In this document: in pieces, positions 24,730-38,246 of the stretch
How the letters are laid out: each line of letters begins with the position of its first letter
Numbering within the stretch: position 1 is the stretch's first letter
From: Tubulanus polymorphus
Lineage: Eukaryota; Animalia; Nemertea
Length of the DNA: 64,000 nt
Direction of reading: 5' to 3'
Assembly (NCBI RefSeq): GCF_964204645.1
Contig: NC_134035.1
Span: forward strand, 4,154,001-4,218,000
Program-made: the position numbers and the translations under genes
Notes under the pieces: model-generated
Told to the model about the DNA's origin: nothing
Databases searched by the model: none
What the model saw: the letters and a program-made list of their open reading frames with translations, nothing else

Positions 24730-25208
24730 GGCCTATCAACGCTGAGGCATACCTTCACTTATTTTCGTTTACAGAAAATAGACTTTAGTTTCACTGAGAA
24801 CCTTAGTGCCAGTGGTATATCGCTAACGCGACCCCTGACACTAAGTACCGAGTGATTAAAGTGCCGACTGAGCGCCAGTCGGCAATTTCGACGTAAAATA
24901 ACGACTACGGAACTGGGTGGGTGGTTCACGGAAGCTCTTTAAGGCAGTATACGGAGCTCCGCGAACCGGCCATTGTCATGACTGGGTGAAACTTTAGTAG
25001 GACACAACAAAAGGTGATCCAGGTGATCCATATGTAGAAATGATTTTCGGGCTAAATAAATGGCACTGGATAAGGTTCAAGTTACAAGTTTAGAGAAAAT
25101 TGCTCCAATATTGTTGCCGGAGTTCACCGTCGAATATACGTGTCAATAAATATCGAATTGAGAATTGAATTTATTCCGATTCCGACGCCTTGCATCGAGT
25201 CGTCCATC

Positions 25209-28200
25209 ATGGCAGACAAAATCGAGGAACTGGCCGAAAAATACAAACAATTCGTGTCTAAAAACCGCGACGCGACGACTCAACTGGAAAACGCGTGCCG
25301 AGTACTTTCCTACATCATAGCCGGTAACAACGAACCCCGAATTATTTATAACGCATTACCTGTTAATCTACAGAGGAATGCTTTTAATCTGACTGCCATT
25401 TTGACTTCCGGGTTCCACCACTCGATCCACCAATTCCATCCACTTCATGCAGATATTACCCGGCCTTCATCATTTACAGTACATCGTCGTCGGAGCTCTG
25501 ATGAATTTTGCCTTTTTAACCGTGACATGTATCCTAAAAATTAAATGATACAGGGAGGGGGTCATTCATAGAAGTATTTAGGCAAGGGGGTTATTTAAAA
25601 AAAAGTACTACAGAGAGGGCGTACATGGGGGTTTGAAAATGCCCGGAAATCAAGCGTACTACACACCTTATGCACGGCCCCTAACCTTTTGAACTGCTAG
25701 CTTAGCTAGCTAAGCACAAACAATTAGGTTATCACGGACGGTAATATCTGAGAGAATTGACACATTTTCGTCAAATTCTTTGGTAGTCTATTGAAAAGGA
25801 AACATACAAACGAAAATGGTGTCAGTTTTCCTTCCTCGTCAGCGCTTGCTTTTTAACATGAGGCGTTTGAAAGAAGTGTCTTTGCTGTTGCAGTGATGCG
25901 CGCAGCCAGCAAGATTCGAACCCACTACTGACTCAGTGTATAATATAACAGCTTTATCCTAATTTGATTTGGCAACATCAGAAAATTATGTTTCCTTTTA
26001 GCACAAAATATAAGATGTATATATTTTTTACAGGGCGGTTCGATTCGTCTCCACTGCTCTCAGAACTCGTTTATTCAGCGTCGAATCTGTTGGTTTTGAT
26101 GAATGATGGTATTTTACGACACACGGCAAATATATTACCCAAAATGGTCAGTATCACTTGTAGCAAGAAATCAGACCTTACTGAAAATAGGCAACTCCGC
26201 AGTTGGCAGTAAGAATTTAGCTCTTGTGAATCGTTCCATCTGTCTGTTATAATGAGGGTTTGTCTATTATGAACAGGGTTCTAGGAAATTTTGAATGCCA
26301 GGGTCTAGAGGACAGAAGAAAGAATAGGCATTTTTGAGATAAAGCAGCTATGTCCTAGGGTACTAGCGGGGTCCTGCTTTCGGCATATTTTCTAAGAAGA
26401 TGATCAGAAAATATATAATTTTCAAAAGGATGAGTGTCAAATTTACAGGTTTTAGTGATCTTTGCCTTGACGAAAAGGGCCACCTCAATGGAAAGCAGGG
26501 GTCTGAACCCTGACACCAGCCCCTAAATCCGCCCCGGTAGCTGTCTGTTGTAATTATTGTCTGTCTGTTATAATTCTAGGGTCTGTCGAGAGCGCGTATT
26601 GAAACGTGGCTTACCGTTATCGAATATATGGAGGTGTTCGTAGAAATGGCCGCCGAAAAAATTGCTGGCAACGTCGGAAAATGGATCCTTATCACTTGCA
26701 TTCACATCACTAAGTAAGTTGAATCTTCACGATACCACGACCCCACTGGTATTGCTAATTTGTAATTGTTTGCTTATTGTATCATAGGGCGGCGATGCGT
26801 TTCGTGTTGTTGCTGAAACACAAATGCGGAATTCAGTCGAGTCCGCCTATATCACCGATGGATAGAGAAGGTGAAATGAAGAAGGTCTGTATCTCATACG
26901 GCGATGGTTCCTACCGACTTGTTTATTTCATAGGGATATTATGGGTCATTTAATTGATTAACGCAATTGCAATACTGTTATGCTATTGCTATCTATTCTG
27001 CTATTTTTTAAGTGTAAAAAGTAAAGTAGATGTAAACAAAATGCTTAAAGTTCATGTATTATAGAAGTAAATTGAAAAAAAGGCAAATTTGCGTACAAGG
27101 CAGGGTTTTGATTATTCAGATTTTTGGGGTGGCCACTTACCTGGAAATCGGTGAATAAGTAAAGAAGGGAAATTTTTTTTTCTTTAAAAAAGTCAGCGAA
27201 AAGTCGAGGAATTTTGTAAAAGCAAAGCTAAAAGTCAGGGAAATTTGTTAAGATCGCTAGATCACGAATAAAATCAAACAGTTTCCGTCTATGTCTTACA
27301 TATTTGATAGTGTTAACTGATTGGATTCTTAGCAGATCGAGTCAGGGAAAACAACGTGTATGTTAGAGAATAGTCAGGGAAAAAGCAAGGCAAATAAAAT
27401 AGTGTCCATCCTTGTAAGTACGTAATAAATGAATGACCCTTTGATTATTTTCTTTCAGACCGTTGAATCGAAATTGCTGCCCTTCGCCGAAGCACGGAAA
27501 GAAACGGCATTTACGTTAAAACATTCCGGTCGTGTTGTTCGCACGTTAGAATCAGGTAATTCTCTCATCATTCCATGAGTCTTTCCTTCAATTCACTTTA
27601 CATTGAGTGTTAAATTCAAAACAGCGATTTTACCAGCTGGAAGCCACGTTCCTCCCTCGCAGGGATTTGAACCTGACGGCATCATAGGACTCGACCACAT
27701 TCCTATCTGATGGCATCGTTAGACTGCAATGGTACTAACCCCTGCCCTAGTAGACCTGTCCTCCCTCACAGGAATTTGAACCTGATGACATCGTGAGACT
27801 TGGCTACGTTAAGAACCCCTGCGATAGAAGACCCATCCTCCCTCGGCAGGGATTTTCATACCTGAAAATCTATGACTATCACAGGATGAAAACCCCTGCC
27901 TTTGCAGGGATTTCAATCTGTTGGCTTCGTTAGAGTTTGTCACAGCAATACAAATCCTTGTAGACGAGCTGTACATCCAGCTCTTCATTCATGTTCACTG
28001 ATTATATTTGCTTGTTATTTCATTAGCGCCACCTATTGGCTATCGTACGTGGAAGTTGCCAAATGATCCGGAACGCAACAGTTTAGAAACGGAACACAAA
28101 CTGGAACTCGAGTCGCCGTTGACAACTGATCGCGTTGTTGCCGAAAGCCTACACATAACACGTCCTCTAATACACTGTATCCTTTAACGTCGAAAGAATT

Positions 28201-30699
28201 GAGAAATAATCAGTTTTGAGTTTAAGGGGTTTTATGGCGGTTTTTACTGACAGACTAGTGATTAATAATCCATAAATGTTTGAGTTAAATCTGATTTTGC
28301 AATGTTTCTGATTACATGTGTGTATTTTTCTATTGACTTGATGAATGAACAGTATTAAGTATGTACGCGTACGGCCGACATTCTTGGAAACCGTGGCTTC
28401 TTTCGGCCGGCATTGACTTGACTAGGTAGGTAAATTGTAAAAACTTATTCAAAAAACTTCGATTTCGTCGATTCTTAACTCAGTGTAATATTTACAGTCC
28501 CGACGCTAGAACGCTAGCAAAAAGGCACAATTTATTGAATTGGCAGAAAATTCTTTTAGAAGTTCTTTATTTTTCCCAAAACTATGTATCAACCTGCCAT
28601 CATGTTTTATATTATCATAAATCCAGTCTTGCCGTAAGGTAGAATTCGATCTAGTCCCGCGCCCCGCTGCTTAGCCGTCCGTCTGTTAGTCTACGCTGTA
28701 CCTTCATGTCGTTATTCTTGTTTATTTTCGTACGTAGTCTGTTGATGACGGAGAAACGAGACAAATTGTTGAAACACGAGAAAGTCGAAGTGCGTCGACG
28801 ATCGTTCATGTTTCTCTATTACCTGCTACGATCGCCGTTTTATGATCAAGTTTCCAAGTAAGTCAGTTTTTTGAGACGTAAGGGTTGATGGTTTTTTTTT
28901 GTCAAGGGTCGGAGAAATTTCAGGGAATTCTGAATTCCTCGATCTCTGCGTCATATCGAATTTTGTGCGAGTTCATAGTTCCAGGGTTCATAGCAGTCCT
29001 TGATTGAAAGTCACGGAATGGGTCAATTCAAGGCCTTGAAAGTCATGGAATGGCCTCCAAATACCTTGAATCATGGTCATGGTCCGTGAATAGCATCTGC
29101 TTTACCACGGCTATTCATTTTGTAGCTTTTGATCCCATACATAATCTATTCTATAGGCGCCGCCTACATTATATTAGATCTGTAAATTTTAATGTTTGGT
29201 CTAGTAGTACTCCAGAACGATCAGCGGAAAACTGGGGCCGTTTTAAGCGATCGTTTCAGTTCAGTCGAGTACATTTCGAATCAGACAGATTTTCATTACA
29301 GTATGGAATGAAACTGGTCATGGAGGCTATGAACCCTGGAGTTGTCACTTGATTTCCTGGGGCCGGTTTCAAGGACCGAGTACCAAAGTTATCCCTGGGG
29401 ATAAATCCTCAATCTGGGTGACATCCACTATAGTAACAATGAGAAACCACGGTTCTAACTGACGAATTTCAAAATGATATTCCCAGGGACTATTTTTCTT
29501 CCATATCTATGAAAGCCAGCCCTGATCTTTAAGAACCCTGTGTCGGTTTCACTGCAGATCGTAATCAAGCATCATAATCTAATTCTACGCTATTATTTTA
29601 CAGAGCCAGAATCAACATTTTACTGCGACTGTTATCAGATAACGTACCCCTAGTCGGTCTCATGTTGAGTAAGTACAACCGCATAAAGCATGATCCAGCA
29701 GAAAAAAATTCTGCATTCAATTATGATTTGTTTTATTAATCAATTGTCCCGGACGTGGACTTAATGAAATTTTCATTTATTTTGGAATCATTTTGTTTTG
29801 CGAATGTTACACATATACGTAGACAGAAGACTCCGCTCAGGTCACATCCGACTAACTCGGTCAAATATTACAGAAATGATTGTCTGACACTAAAGCATGA
29901 GGTGTTTACAGTGAAACTGGCTGAAGTCATCATTGTAGTCAGGACGATCATTATCTTGTTGACTTCATTCCAAATGACTAGTTGAAAAATTAAGTCGAGT
30001 GAAAAAACTCTTTAGAGTAAAGTTAGATGGTATTATCCAAGTTGAATAGTATTATCCGAGCTAAATAGTATTGTCCAAGTTAAATACAGTCAACCCCTGA
30101 TATTACCGCCCTTCGATATACTGCAACCCCCCGCCTACCGCCAGGTTTTCTCAATGTACATCTCTATACAAATACATAGTTAAACACCCCCGATATACCG
30201 CCACCCCACCTACTGCCAGGTTTTCTCAATGTACATCTCTATACAAATACATTGTAAAACACCCCCGATATACCGCCACCCCCACCTACTGTCAAGGTTT
30301 TCTCAATGTACATCTCTATACAAATACATTGTAAAACACCCCCGATATACCGCCACCCCCACCTACTGTCAAGGTTTTCTCAATGTACATCTCTATACAA
30401 ATACATTGTAAAACACCCCCGATATGCTGCCATACTCTCTATACCGCCAAAATTGTTCTGCGCCCATGTAGGTGGTAAATTGGGGGTTGACTGTATTATT
30501 ATCCACCTCACGAACTGAAAAGATTCGACTTCGGCGGAGTCTATTGTTATCGTGTATTACGGGCGGCGCTTGCCGCAGTGGTCAATAAAGAAATACTGCG
30601 AGCGAAAAAATGAAAAATCTATTTTCGTAATTTTCAGGACCGTTTCTCGAATACCTCCCGCAATGGCAAAGAATGTATTTCTATGTGTGGGCGTTGTAA
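25209..30699 (+). CDS. PEX16: Peroxisomal biogenesis factor 16; exons 25209-25323, 26034-26146, 26580-26713, 26788-26884, 27459-27555, 28027-28176, 28353-28425, 28738-28857, 29604-29668, 30638-30699
   Basis: Spliced translation has [90 protein letters not shown]; all intron phases are consistent. Confidence 0.95.
27650..27925 (-). repeat. Degenerate tandem repeats with B-box-like motifs (tRNA/SINE-derived)
   Basis: Repeated ctccctcgcagggatttgaacctga; reverse complement contains GGTTCAAATCC. Confidence 0.4.
28177..28352 (+). other. Probable U12-type (minor spliceosome) GT-AG intron in PEX16
   Basis: 5' site GTATCCTTT; branch-like TTCTATTGAC ~16 nt before the AG; no polypyrimidine tract. Confidence 0.75.
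28982..29338. mobile_element. MITE with hAT-like CAGGG termini
   Basis: TIRs cagggttcatagc / gctatgaaccctg; no clear TSD. Confidence 0.55.
30087..30493. mobile_element. Tc1/mariner-like MITE containing four 77-bp tandem repeats
   Basis: TA|cagtcaacccc ... ggggttgactg|TA. Confidence 0.75.
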
Positions 30700-31087
30700 A
30701 TCACGAGTACGATACGCGCGACGAGACGCATTGCGGATACCACGTTGCTGTAGCGTCATTACCGGATTTATATCGAGCCCCGCGCGAACCCCCGGACATC
30801 AAAATTACTGACTCGCACAACACCGGACGGTGTTCATTATTATTGTCGCATGATTTTTACGTTATCATACTTTATGTTATGAACGGTTCTTTTTTTTTCG
30901 TGCAGCTTTTTTAATCTGCTGTCTGTACCCACCCCACACGACCTTACTTATACCGATCGTCAAAACTTCATCGGATTTTCTGTCCGCGCTGAAGGCATTT
31001 TCTACAGTAGAACCCTCCTTTTTTGGGGTCGATAAGATTAATGAGGAATCCGTATTAAACGTCGTATTCTACATACATTTTGTAATA

Positions 31088-31322
31088 CAGTAGAACTCGC
31101 TTAATTCGGATCACCTGGGACTGGAAAATTTTGTCCGAATTAAACAATATCTGAATTATGTGCTCTCATTTGAATAGAAACTAGAGAGGACTTGAATTTA
31201 GTCCGGTATAAGTAGAAATCCGAATAAAACCGATCCGAATTTAGCCAGTTACTCTGTATATATCTAGTCCAAATTAGTTCAAAATCCAGATTAATCTCGT
31301 CTGAATTAAGTGGGTTCGGCTG
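31088..31322. mobile_element. Tc1/mariner-like MITE
   Basis: TA|cagtagaactcgcttaattc ... gaattaagtgggttcggctg|TA. Confidence 0.65.
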
Positions 31323-33628
31323 TACTTCAATTTGAAATTGAATTACAATTTTAAACCGTCAGACCCACTGGCGGAAATCTGATCCCCATGCATTGAAAAT
31401 AGGACTTCATCCATGCATTGAAGATGGGGCTTCACCTATCGGATTGGTCCGGATACAGGCAGCAAATTGATACCTGCACGAACTGTGACTCGGGTCGTCG
31501 TCACTTTCATATCGCATGATCTAACATAATTGTGGAATGAAATAAATTTACTGGTTTTGATATTGCTTGTAAAAATAAATAAATGAATTTTATTAGCGCA
31601 CCAATGGAAATGAATGAACTTGGCAGCATTGTGTACAACAGATGAACAATTAACTCGGGGTCCAGTTCGGCAGTTGTGAGTTGTGTTAAGATTTGACTCG
31701 GAGATAACTCATTGAAAATGAACTTCAGTGAACCCCCGATATACTGCCCTCCCATATGCCGCCATACTCTGTATATGGCCAAAATCGTTCTGCGCCGATG
31801 TGGGATGTAGATCCTGGGTTAAATGAGATTTAACCTTGGATATGACTCTAAACTTACAACTGTCTTTGGAACTGGATCCATTTATTCAATGAAATCACAC
31901 CCTTCCCGGACAAATTTGGACCAAGCATTTTTGCGGGGTAATGTTAGTTTGTTTTTGGTATTGATTTTGATATACTATTTAGCTGTTCTAAGTTAAGCCG
32001 GTATTTCGAATAAAGTTCATGAAAATCAAATTTGAATCCAATTCGAGTTGGATAGGTTTCACTCGGGTAAAAATATATGAAGAATATGTGCCAAAAATTG
32101 GACTCGAAAAAATCTTGAATTGTACATTTATACTTTACTGTACTGAATTGTGATCATGTAAGTTAAAAAATAAATATATTTTCGAATGAAAATTTAGAAA
32201 ACAAATAATTAATCGATAAACGCGACATAAAGCAGTAAGATGATTATGTAAATAATAAATACTTGAAAAGATATTTTCCTCTTCGATTAATTTGATCACC
32301 AAGATCAAAATCTTCGCGAATACCGCATGAAGACTCGGTCTGCCGATCAGCCAGTTCTGATGTACTGGAAAAACTAATGGATACTGCCCCCACCCCACCG
32401 CAACCAGAAGAAATGCAGATTTCCAGTTTCGTGAATGGTCGAGTAAAAAAACGCGGATTGTCCCCTCCCGATTCCGTAAATGCAAGGCCGTACGCCTGGA
32501 ATTCTTCAAGACCAGTTCTATACCCTCTGCCGGAGCCATCCGTATACTCCATTCAAAAAGTAAAATTTCGCCAAAAAAAACATCTAATTTCTAGATACCG
32601 TATATAGGTAAGACTTGAAAACTATTTACCCTACGATTTGAAAACTATCAAAACCAAAAATTTTGTTCAAGGTTCTTGAATGGAATAGCCTTGAATTTGA
32701 GCAAAATGCTGAAAAGTCTTTGAAAACACCTTGAGTTTTGAGAAATTGGCAATTTCAAAATGTTAAAGTTTTAGACCTAGTTAGTAGACCTAGGCCTTAT
32801 ACACACAGATTCCACCGAATTAACAGTTTACCGAGATAAACAGTACAGTGTACTGATTTAGGAGTCTATTGTAATTGGGATATCGAAGTGATGCATACTC
32901 CTCGAAATTTGAAGTTTTCTCCTTTAGAATTGAATTCTGGAATGACTGATCTGTGGGGACCCTGATATAAGAATTAAAACATTTGTGATAAACCTCTACG
33001 ACTTCGTAATCATATTCCCGACGTGCTGAAATAGAGGCTGCCGCGCGTGTGATAATGAGAGCGATTTGTTAATTAGCTCTCGGCCGGTTGCCCTTGTTAT
33101 CTTGTTTATCATCCACGACACACGCGCCGGCTCGTTAAATCTCAACCGACACCTTCCTCAGTCGACGCTTTTAATTGCCCGGGTTTACCAGCTGTCCACC
33201 CGACCTCTTATCATCTCGGCGTTGTCTGTTATGTGCAGCCGTGCACGTTCGACGCGGTTGTTGCTGCTGCCGCTGTTGTGCGCGCGCTTTCCCCGAGCAC
33301 GCCAAAGGTTGCGCGAAAACCCCCCGAAGCCAGTTCCCCCGAACGGGTTGCGCAAATAAACAACGACAATAAAATTAATTGCTGTACACCTGTTTGCCGA
33401 GCGTTATTGCGCGATTAATAAGCTACTGTTTGAGAATCGAAGCTAGGAGGATTTTCTCGATAACCGAGATATAAATGCGTTGATAAACGAAGTAAAAAAT
33501 ATACGTTAAATCGTAACCATAACTGCGCGCTTTGTCGGGATGACTAGCTACCTTTCTGGTTCGAACCTGGTTTAAACGACCTCGGCTGGAACATTCCTCG
33601 GTTATTACAAACCTAGACTGGGTCCTAA

Positions 33629-33882
33629 GGGCCAGTTCCATAGTCATGGCTTAGACCTAGGACCGTTTTAAGACCAACTTAGTTCTATAGCTAATCTAAC
33701 AAACGTATGACCACCAGTCACAAAATTTAAGACCACTTTTGGTCTTAGTCTTGATTATGTGAGGGCTTAGACTTAAGACCGTTCTAAGACCTACTTAGTT
33801 CTATAGCCAATCTAACAACTTATGACCAGTCACAAGATTTAAGACCACTTTTGGTCTTAAGTCTTGATTATGGAACCGGTCC
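33629..33882. mobile_element. PIF/Harbinger-like MITE (same family as 8425-8562), internally duplicated
   Basis: gggccagttccatagtcatggcttagac ... gattatggaaccggtcc. Confidence 0.7.
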
Positions 33883-36800
33883 TGAAGTTTATTGTAACGA
33901 GCTTCTGCAGTATATAATTAGTCTCTAGTGAATACAAAGGGTTTTCTTCCTCAATATAGATTTAAAATTAGTTTGTTGTCGATCTCATTGCTTTTACTAA
34001 TCTGCAAATTTTGCGACTATTCTTGGCAACTTTTGAGTGAAATTCTGTGCAATTTTTTGCGGTAAAATAAATATCTATCTGAACTGGTAACTATTTCGAT
34101 ATCTGATGGGTTGCCTTTGATGAACGTTATCGTGAATACGTCACAGTTCTTAGGTGGTCATCATAATGTTAAAGAGCTTTTCCCGTGTGTTTTGTTTTCA
34201 GGGCAGGCGACGTATAGAATATAGAAAATATTTGAAAAAAACGACCGTTATTTGCACGCGTGTCGTGACGCATTTTGCTCGATTTTGATTGGTCGATTGG
34301 TCGTCGCGCACGCCGCGTGCAGACGGAACGAGCGAGGCGGCAACATCTAAAATTGGATTATCGAATCTCCAAAAACACCGAAATTCGACGCGAAAAATGT
34401 AAGTTTCGTAAAATCTTCGATTCTCGGTTGTTCGTCGACGATTCGTGACAAAAGGTCGCGAGCGAGCTGGAACCAAGTTCGCTCGCATTTTTTGTCGACG
34501 GTGACCAAACCTTCAAGAAGTCTAAGCTCGGCTGAATGATTTACTGTTATGTCCACGCGTGCCTGTAGCTTCGACTTAATTTGGGAATTTAAATGATAAT
34601 TGAAGATGATTGAGAGTGATTGTTTTTGAAATGAAATGCATATGAGCGCTGGCCACGCAGCAATGGCCATTCCGACGCTGATTGATGGCGAGTCATCTAG
34701 ACTGGCCAATGTGTAGCCATGGATGCATTGTTTATATACGTCCATTGTATAACCTACTAAGAAATTAATTAATATGATCGACTTTTATATTCATATTCAC
34801 GTTTATACCGAAGTTAATATTCTATAGATTTTGATTATTAGATTAATCATAAGTGATCAGATATTCATCTGGTATCGTCGGGGTTGAGTTAAAATTCGAT
34901 TCGTGGCACTGATGCGGCTCTTGAAAAAGTCGGTACAGAACCAACCGAAAACTCTTCTTCCCCAGCCTTCTCTATCTCTCTTCTAATGCGTTCTATACGC
35001 ATATATGTATGTATTATTAGTAGAATATTTGCGCCGCACGGGGCCGAACCCCATACGGAGCTAATTTAACGAGCCATCGAGCAAAAAATAACACATGCAT
35101 CTTTTTGAAGTTTTTCGGGCCTGGCGCAACTGCTAGTACATACGCGGCAGTTGCCGTTCGAGCGCTCGAAACCCGGGATCGTGTTGCGGGTTCCCGGTGA
35201 GTTTGTGCGCTGCTCCCGCCAGCTCTTCGTGGTTATAATTGGAGTTTTAAGTTTGTTTTTGTCCGTTTAATTGGATTTGTTCTCATCCGAAGGCGTGTTG
35301 AGTGCGCGCTAGCCGTACATTACACGCGGGCTACGCGCGCACGCATATTGTCGGTGCGTTCTATTGTAAAAATATTTTTTACTACTACGAAAAAGTAAAC
35401 AATCTGTACGTACGGAACCCGTTTCTGATCGATCAATTCAGAAAACTGCAACTATTTTCGATTTCCCTTATTCCCAAATCGGCGACGGTTTATTTTAAGA
35501 ATGTCTTTGGTTCAAGGTTGGTTATCAACTCGTCAGTTGTAGCTAGGGGCCAGTGTTGCATACTTATGGCTTAAAGGTTTAAGCCTGTCTAAGACCAATT
35601 TAGCTCTTAGAGCCCATCTTACTACTCAAGACCTGTATTAAGATAAGGAATTTTTGCGGATTTTCTTTGATTATCAAATCGTTAAGCCGTAGTCAGGAAT
35701 TTTCAAGGCTTATAGTTCATTCCAAAAAAGTGAAACCCATATAGGGCCCTTCGAGCCTGGGGGCTGCGGTATTCCAGGGAAGTGTGATGAGACATCACAC
35801 TTCCCTGGGTATTCTAAGTAGCAAGCACTGCACGCGACTAAAATAGGCCACCAAGCTAAAGTTTGAGTTGACTGAGAACCAGTGTTCAGCGCGGTGATCG
35901 GTCTGGTTTGTTGACTGGTATACCGGGATCATTCTTTCTTAGCTATTTTAGCTAGCGAGAAATTTTGAAGTGTCCCAAGAACAGAACACCGAATTCTAAG
36001 GGAAAATGTTGTGTTTGCTGATATTCACAAAAATGGGAATAAAAGTAAGAATTCAATACCGAAGAAAGCTCGTAAATTCATCATTGTTTTGACAGATCAC
36101 CGTTTTCGGAAATGATTTCCGTCAATTTTTTGAATTGTTTAATAACGTTAGAGCCGAGATCTAATCGCGCACCGAGATCTCTCCGGCTCGGTTGTTTGTA
36201 TGTGTATCTATTGCGCATTTTTATTCGTATATCGGATCGTATTTCATTTTCAATAGAAAACGCCATCGCGCCGATGACGGAACTGTTTACAAGCGAAGCT
36301 CCGATAACCAGATATCAACGTATATCGATTTTGGCACGAGATTTCTGTCTCTCTCTCTCTCCAACGAAACATGCCTTACACTCCGTATACGACCCTTTGG
36401 CTCGTCGTCGGTGATTTTAATCGGGTTTGATTAGGTCAGCTGTTGAACGTAGTTCGTCCTATTTTCCCTAGCGAACCGCGGCTCGTCTTTACCCCGACGA
36501 TGACTCGGTTATCGGTACCAACATCCGTCGTAAGGAATTATATTAAAATCTAATTAAAACAGTCTCCCTTGTTGTTCAACTGAGTGGCGATACGATGGCC
36601 GATATCTACAATAGAATAAGCTTATACGTACTAATATGTTTTTTCATCGAATAGCCAATCGAAAGCCAAGTGAGTGACTAGTGGAATAGCCACACTCAAA
36701 CGACGAGTATAGATAATCTTTATTATTTCATAAATCACACTATGTAGAACTTTTAAAAGCTGAATATTTATTCAGAAAATTGAAAAATGAAGGGCAGATA

Positions 36801-38246
36801 TTTAAATGAGTTTTAGCTTTTAGTAAAAAGAATACGCCATCAGATTCAATACTCAGTTTAGCCACTGTACAGTTTTTTTTTCACGGGTTCGGCAGTTTCT
36901 TTTGGTCAAAGTTTCCGTGGCCAGCGCAGTGTTGGCTCAAGGGATACAAAAAGAAACTTTACTAGAACTGCCCGAAACCGCGTCCATCATTTTGGCAAAT
37001 ATTGCCGAACTTTCTTCGGTCGAATTTAGGGGGTCTAGACCCCTGCGGCTTCCCATTGAGGTTGCCCTATTCGTTAAGACGGAGGCGAAAACCTATATAT
37101 TTGACACACCGCTTGGAAATTGCATCTTTCGGGTGTAGCCTATTTCTTCAAAAAATATCTAACAACGAGGCAGGGACCCAACCATTGGCCATCACCGTGG
37201 CTGCTTTACCAGAGATTTCTTTTCTTCTGGACCCCGGCCTTGCAATTTTCCATGATCCACCGCTGCTGATGATGCATCCTTCGCGCATAATTACACGTAT
37301 TGTTGTGTAAGTTCGGCCTATCGCAATCGAACACACACAACCGATCCATCAACCCTATAGCGAACAGCGCTGATTGGCGGTTTTCGACTCGACGCGGCGC
37401 CGCGCGATCCGGCGCTCTCTCTCACTACACGTCGGTGTTGCCTGTTTAAAAACCCATCGACCGGCGATAAACTAATTAGGCGTCGGTTTGTAACTGATTT
37501 CAAGCACTTGTTAACAACCGGTAAATCGAATCGTATTATAAATAATCCCGCGGTCTCTTCGACTGTGAGGGAGAACTAATCAGACCGAAGTCATATCGGA
37601 AACTTTTTGTAAACGGGCGCGACTTTCGACCGGCCTCGCCGTACGGATCGAACTGTATGATATCGAGCGTTTTGTAAGGATCTCATTTCGAAATTCTCGA
37701 AATTCGGTCGTGTTTTTATAATTGTCGTCTTTTGGGTCAATTTTTGGAAACATCTTTCGCGTGAGCCAGGCTGTACCGTACGACGCGTATCCGGATGGTT
37801 TACTCGTGGTGTTAGGATTTGGTCTCGAAATTCGCGAACTCGGTCGTAAAGTGACTTAGGCATAGGAGAGTTCGAATCGGGCGTGCTCTATCTGTTTAAT
37901 AGCGTATTCATCGCTGTTGTCTCGGATTCTATTTAGAAATTCGCGAACTCGCCGGTCTTAAAGTGACTTTAACATAGACAAGTAAACTTGGAACTTTTTT
38001 GCGAGTCGGCCGTTCTGTGTCTGTTAATGGCATATCAATAGCTGTTGCGGGATTTTATTTAAAGATTCTGGGAATTCGGTCGGAATTAAACCTTGTAGCT
38101 CGGGGAGACCCCGTGCGATTATGGGGCATTTACGGTTTTAGCGAGTTGAAGGATAAGCAACGACGGTGGATGAATTACACTTGTTTACGTTCAGGAGAAC
38201 ATCGATACGTTTTGTAACACGGCGCGCTGCGATATAACGGATTCAG

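Larger units (their letters stand above)
14651..25529 (+). repeat. Three-copy tandem segmental duplication; units ~14651-18215, 18216-21955, 21956-25529
   Basis: Near-identical blocks, each with AMZ2 3' end/UTR, GPCR, RT fragment, and PEX16 upstream region plus exon 1 and start of intron 1. Confidence 0.97.

Noticed and set aside
28025-28039. CTCF-like motif on the minus strand
   Set aside because: Coincides with a PEX16 acceptor and codons; a short motif match is not supportable alone
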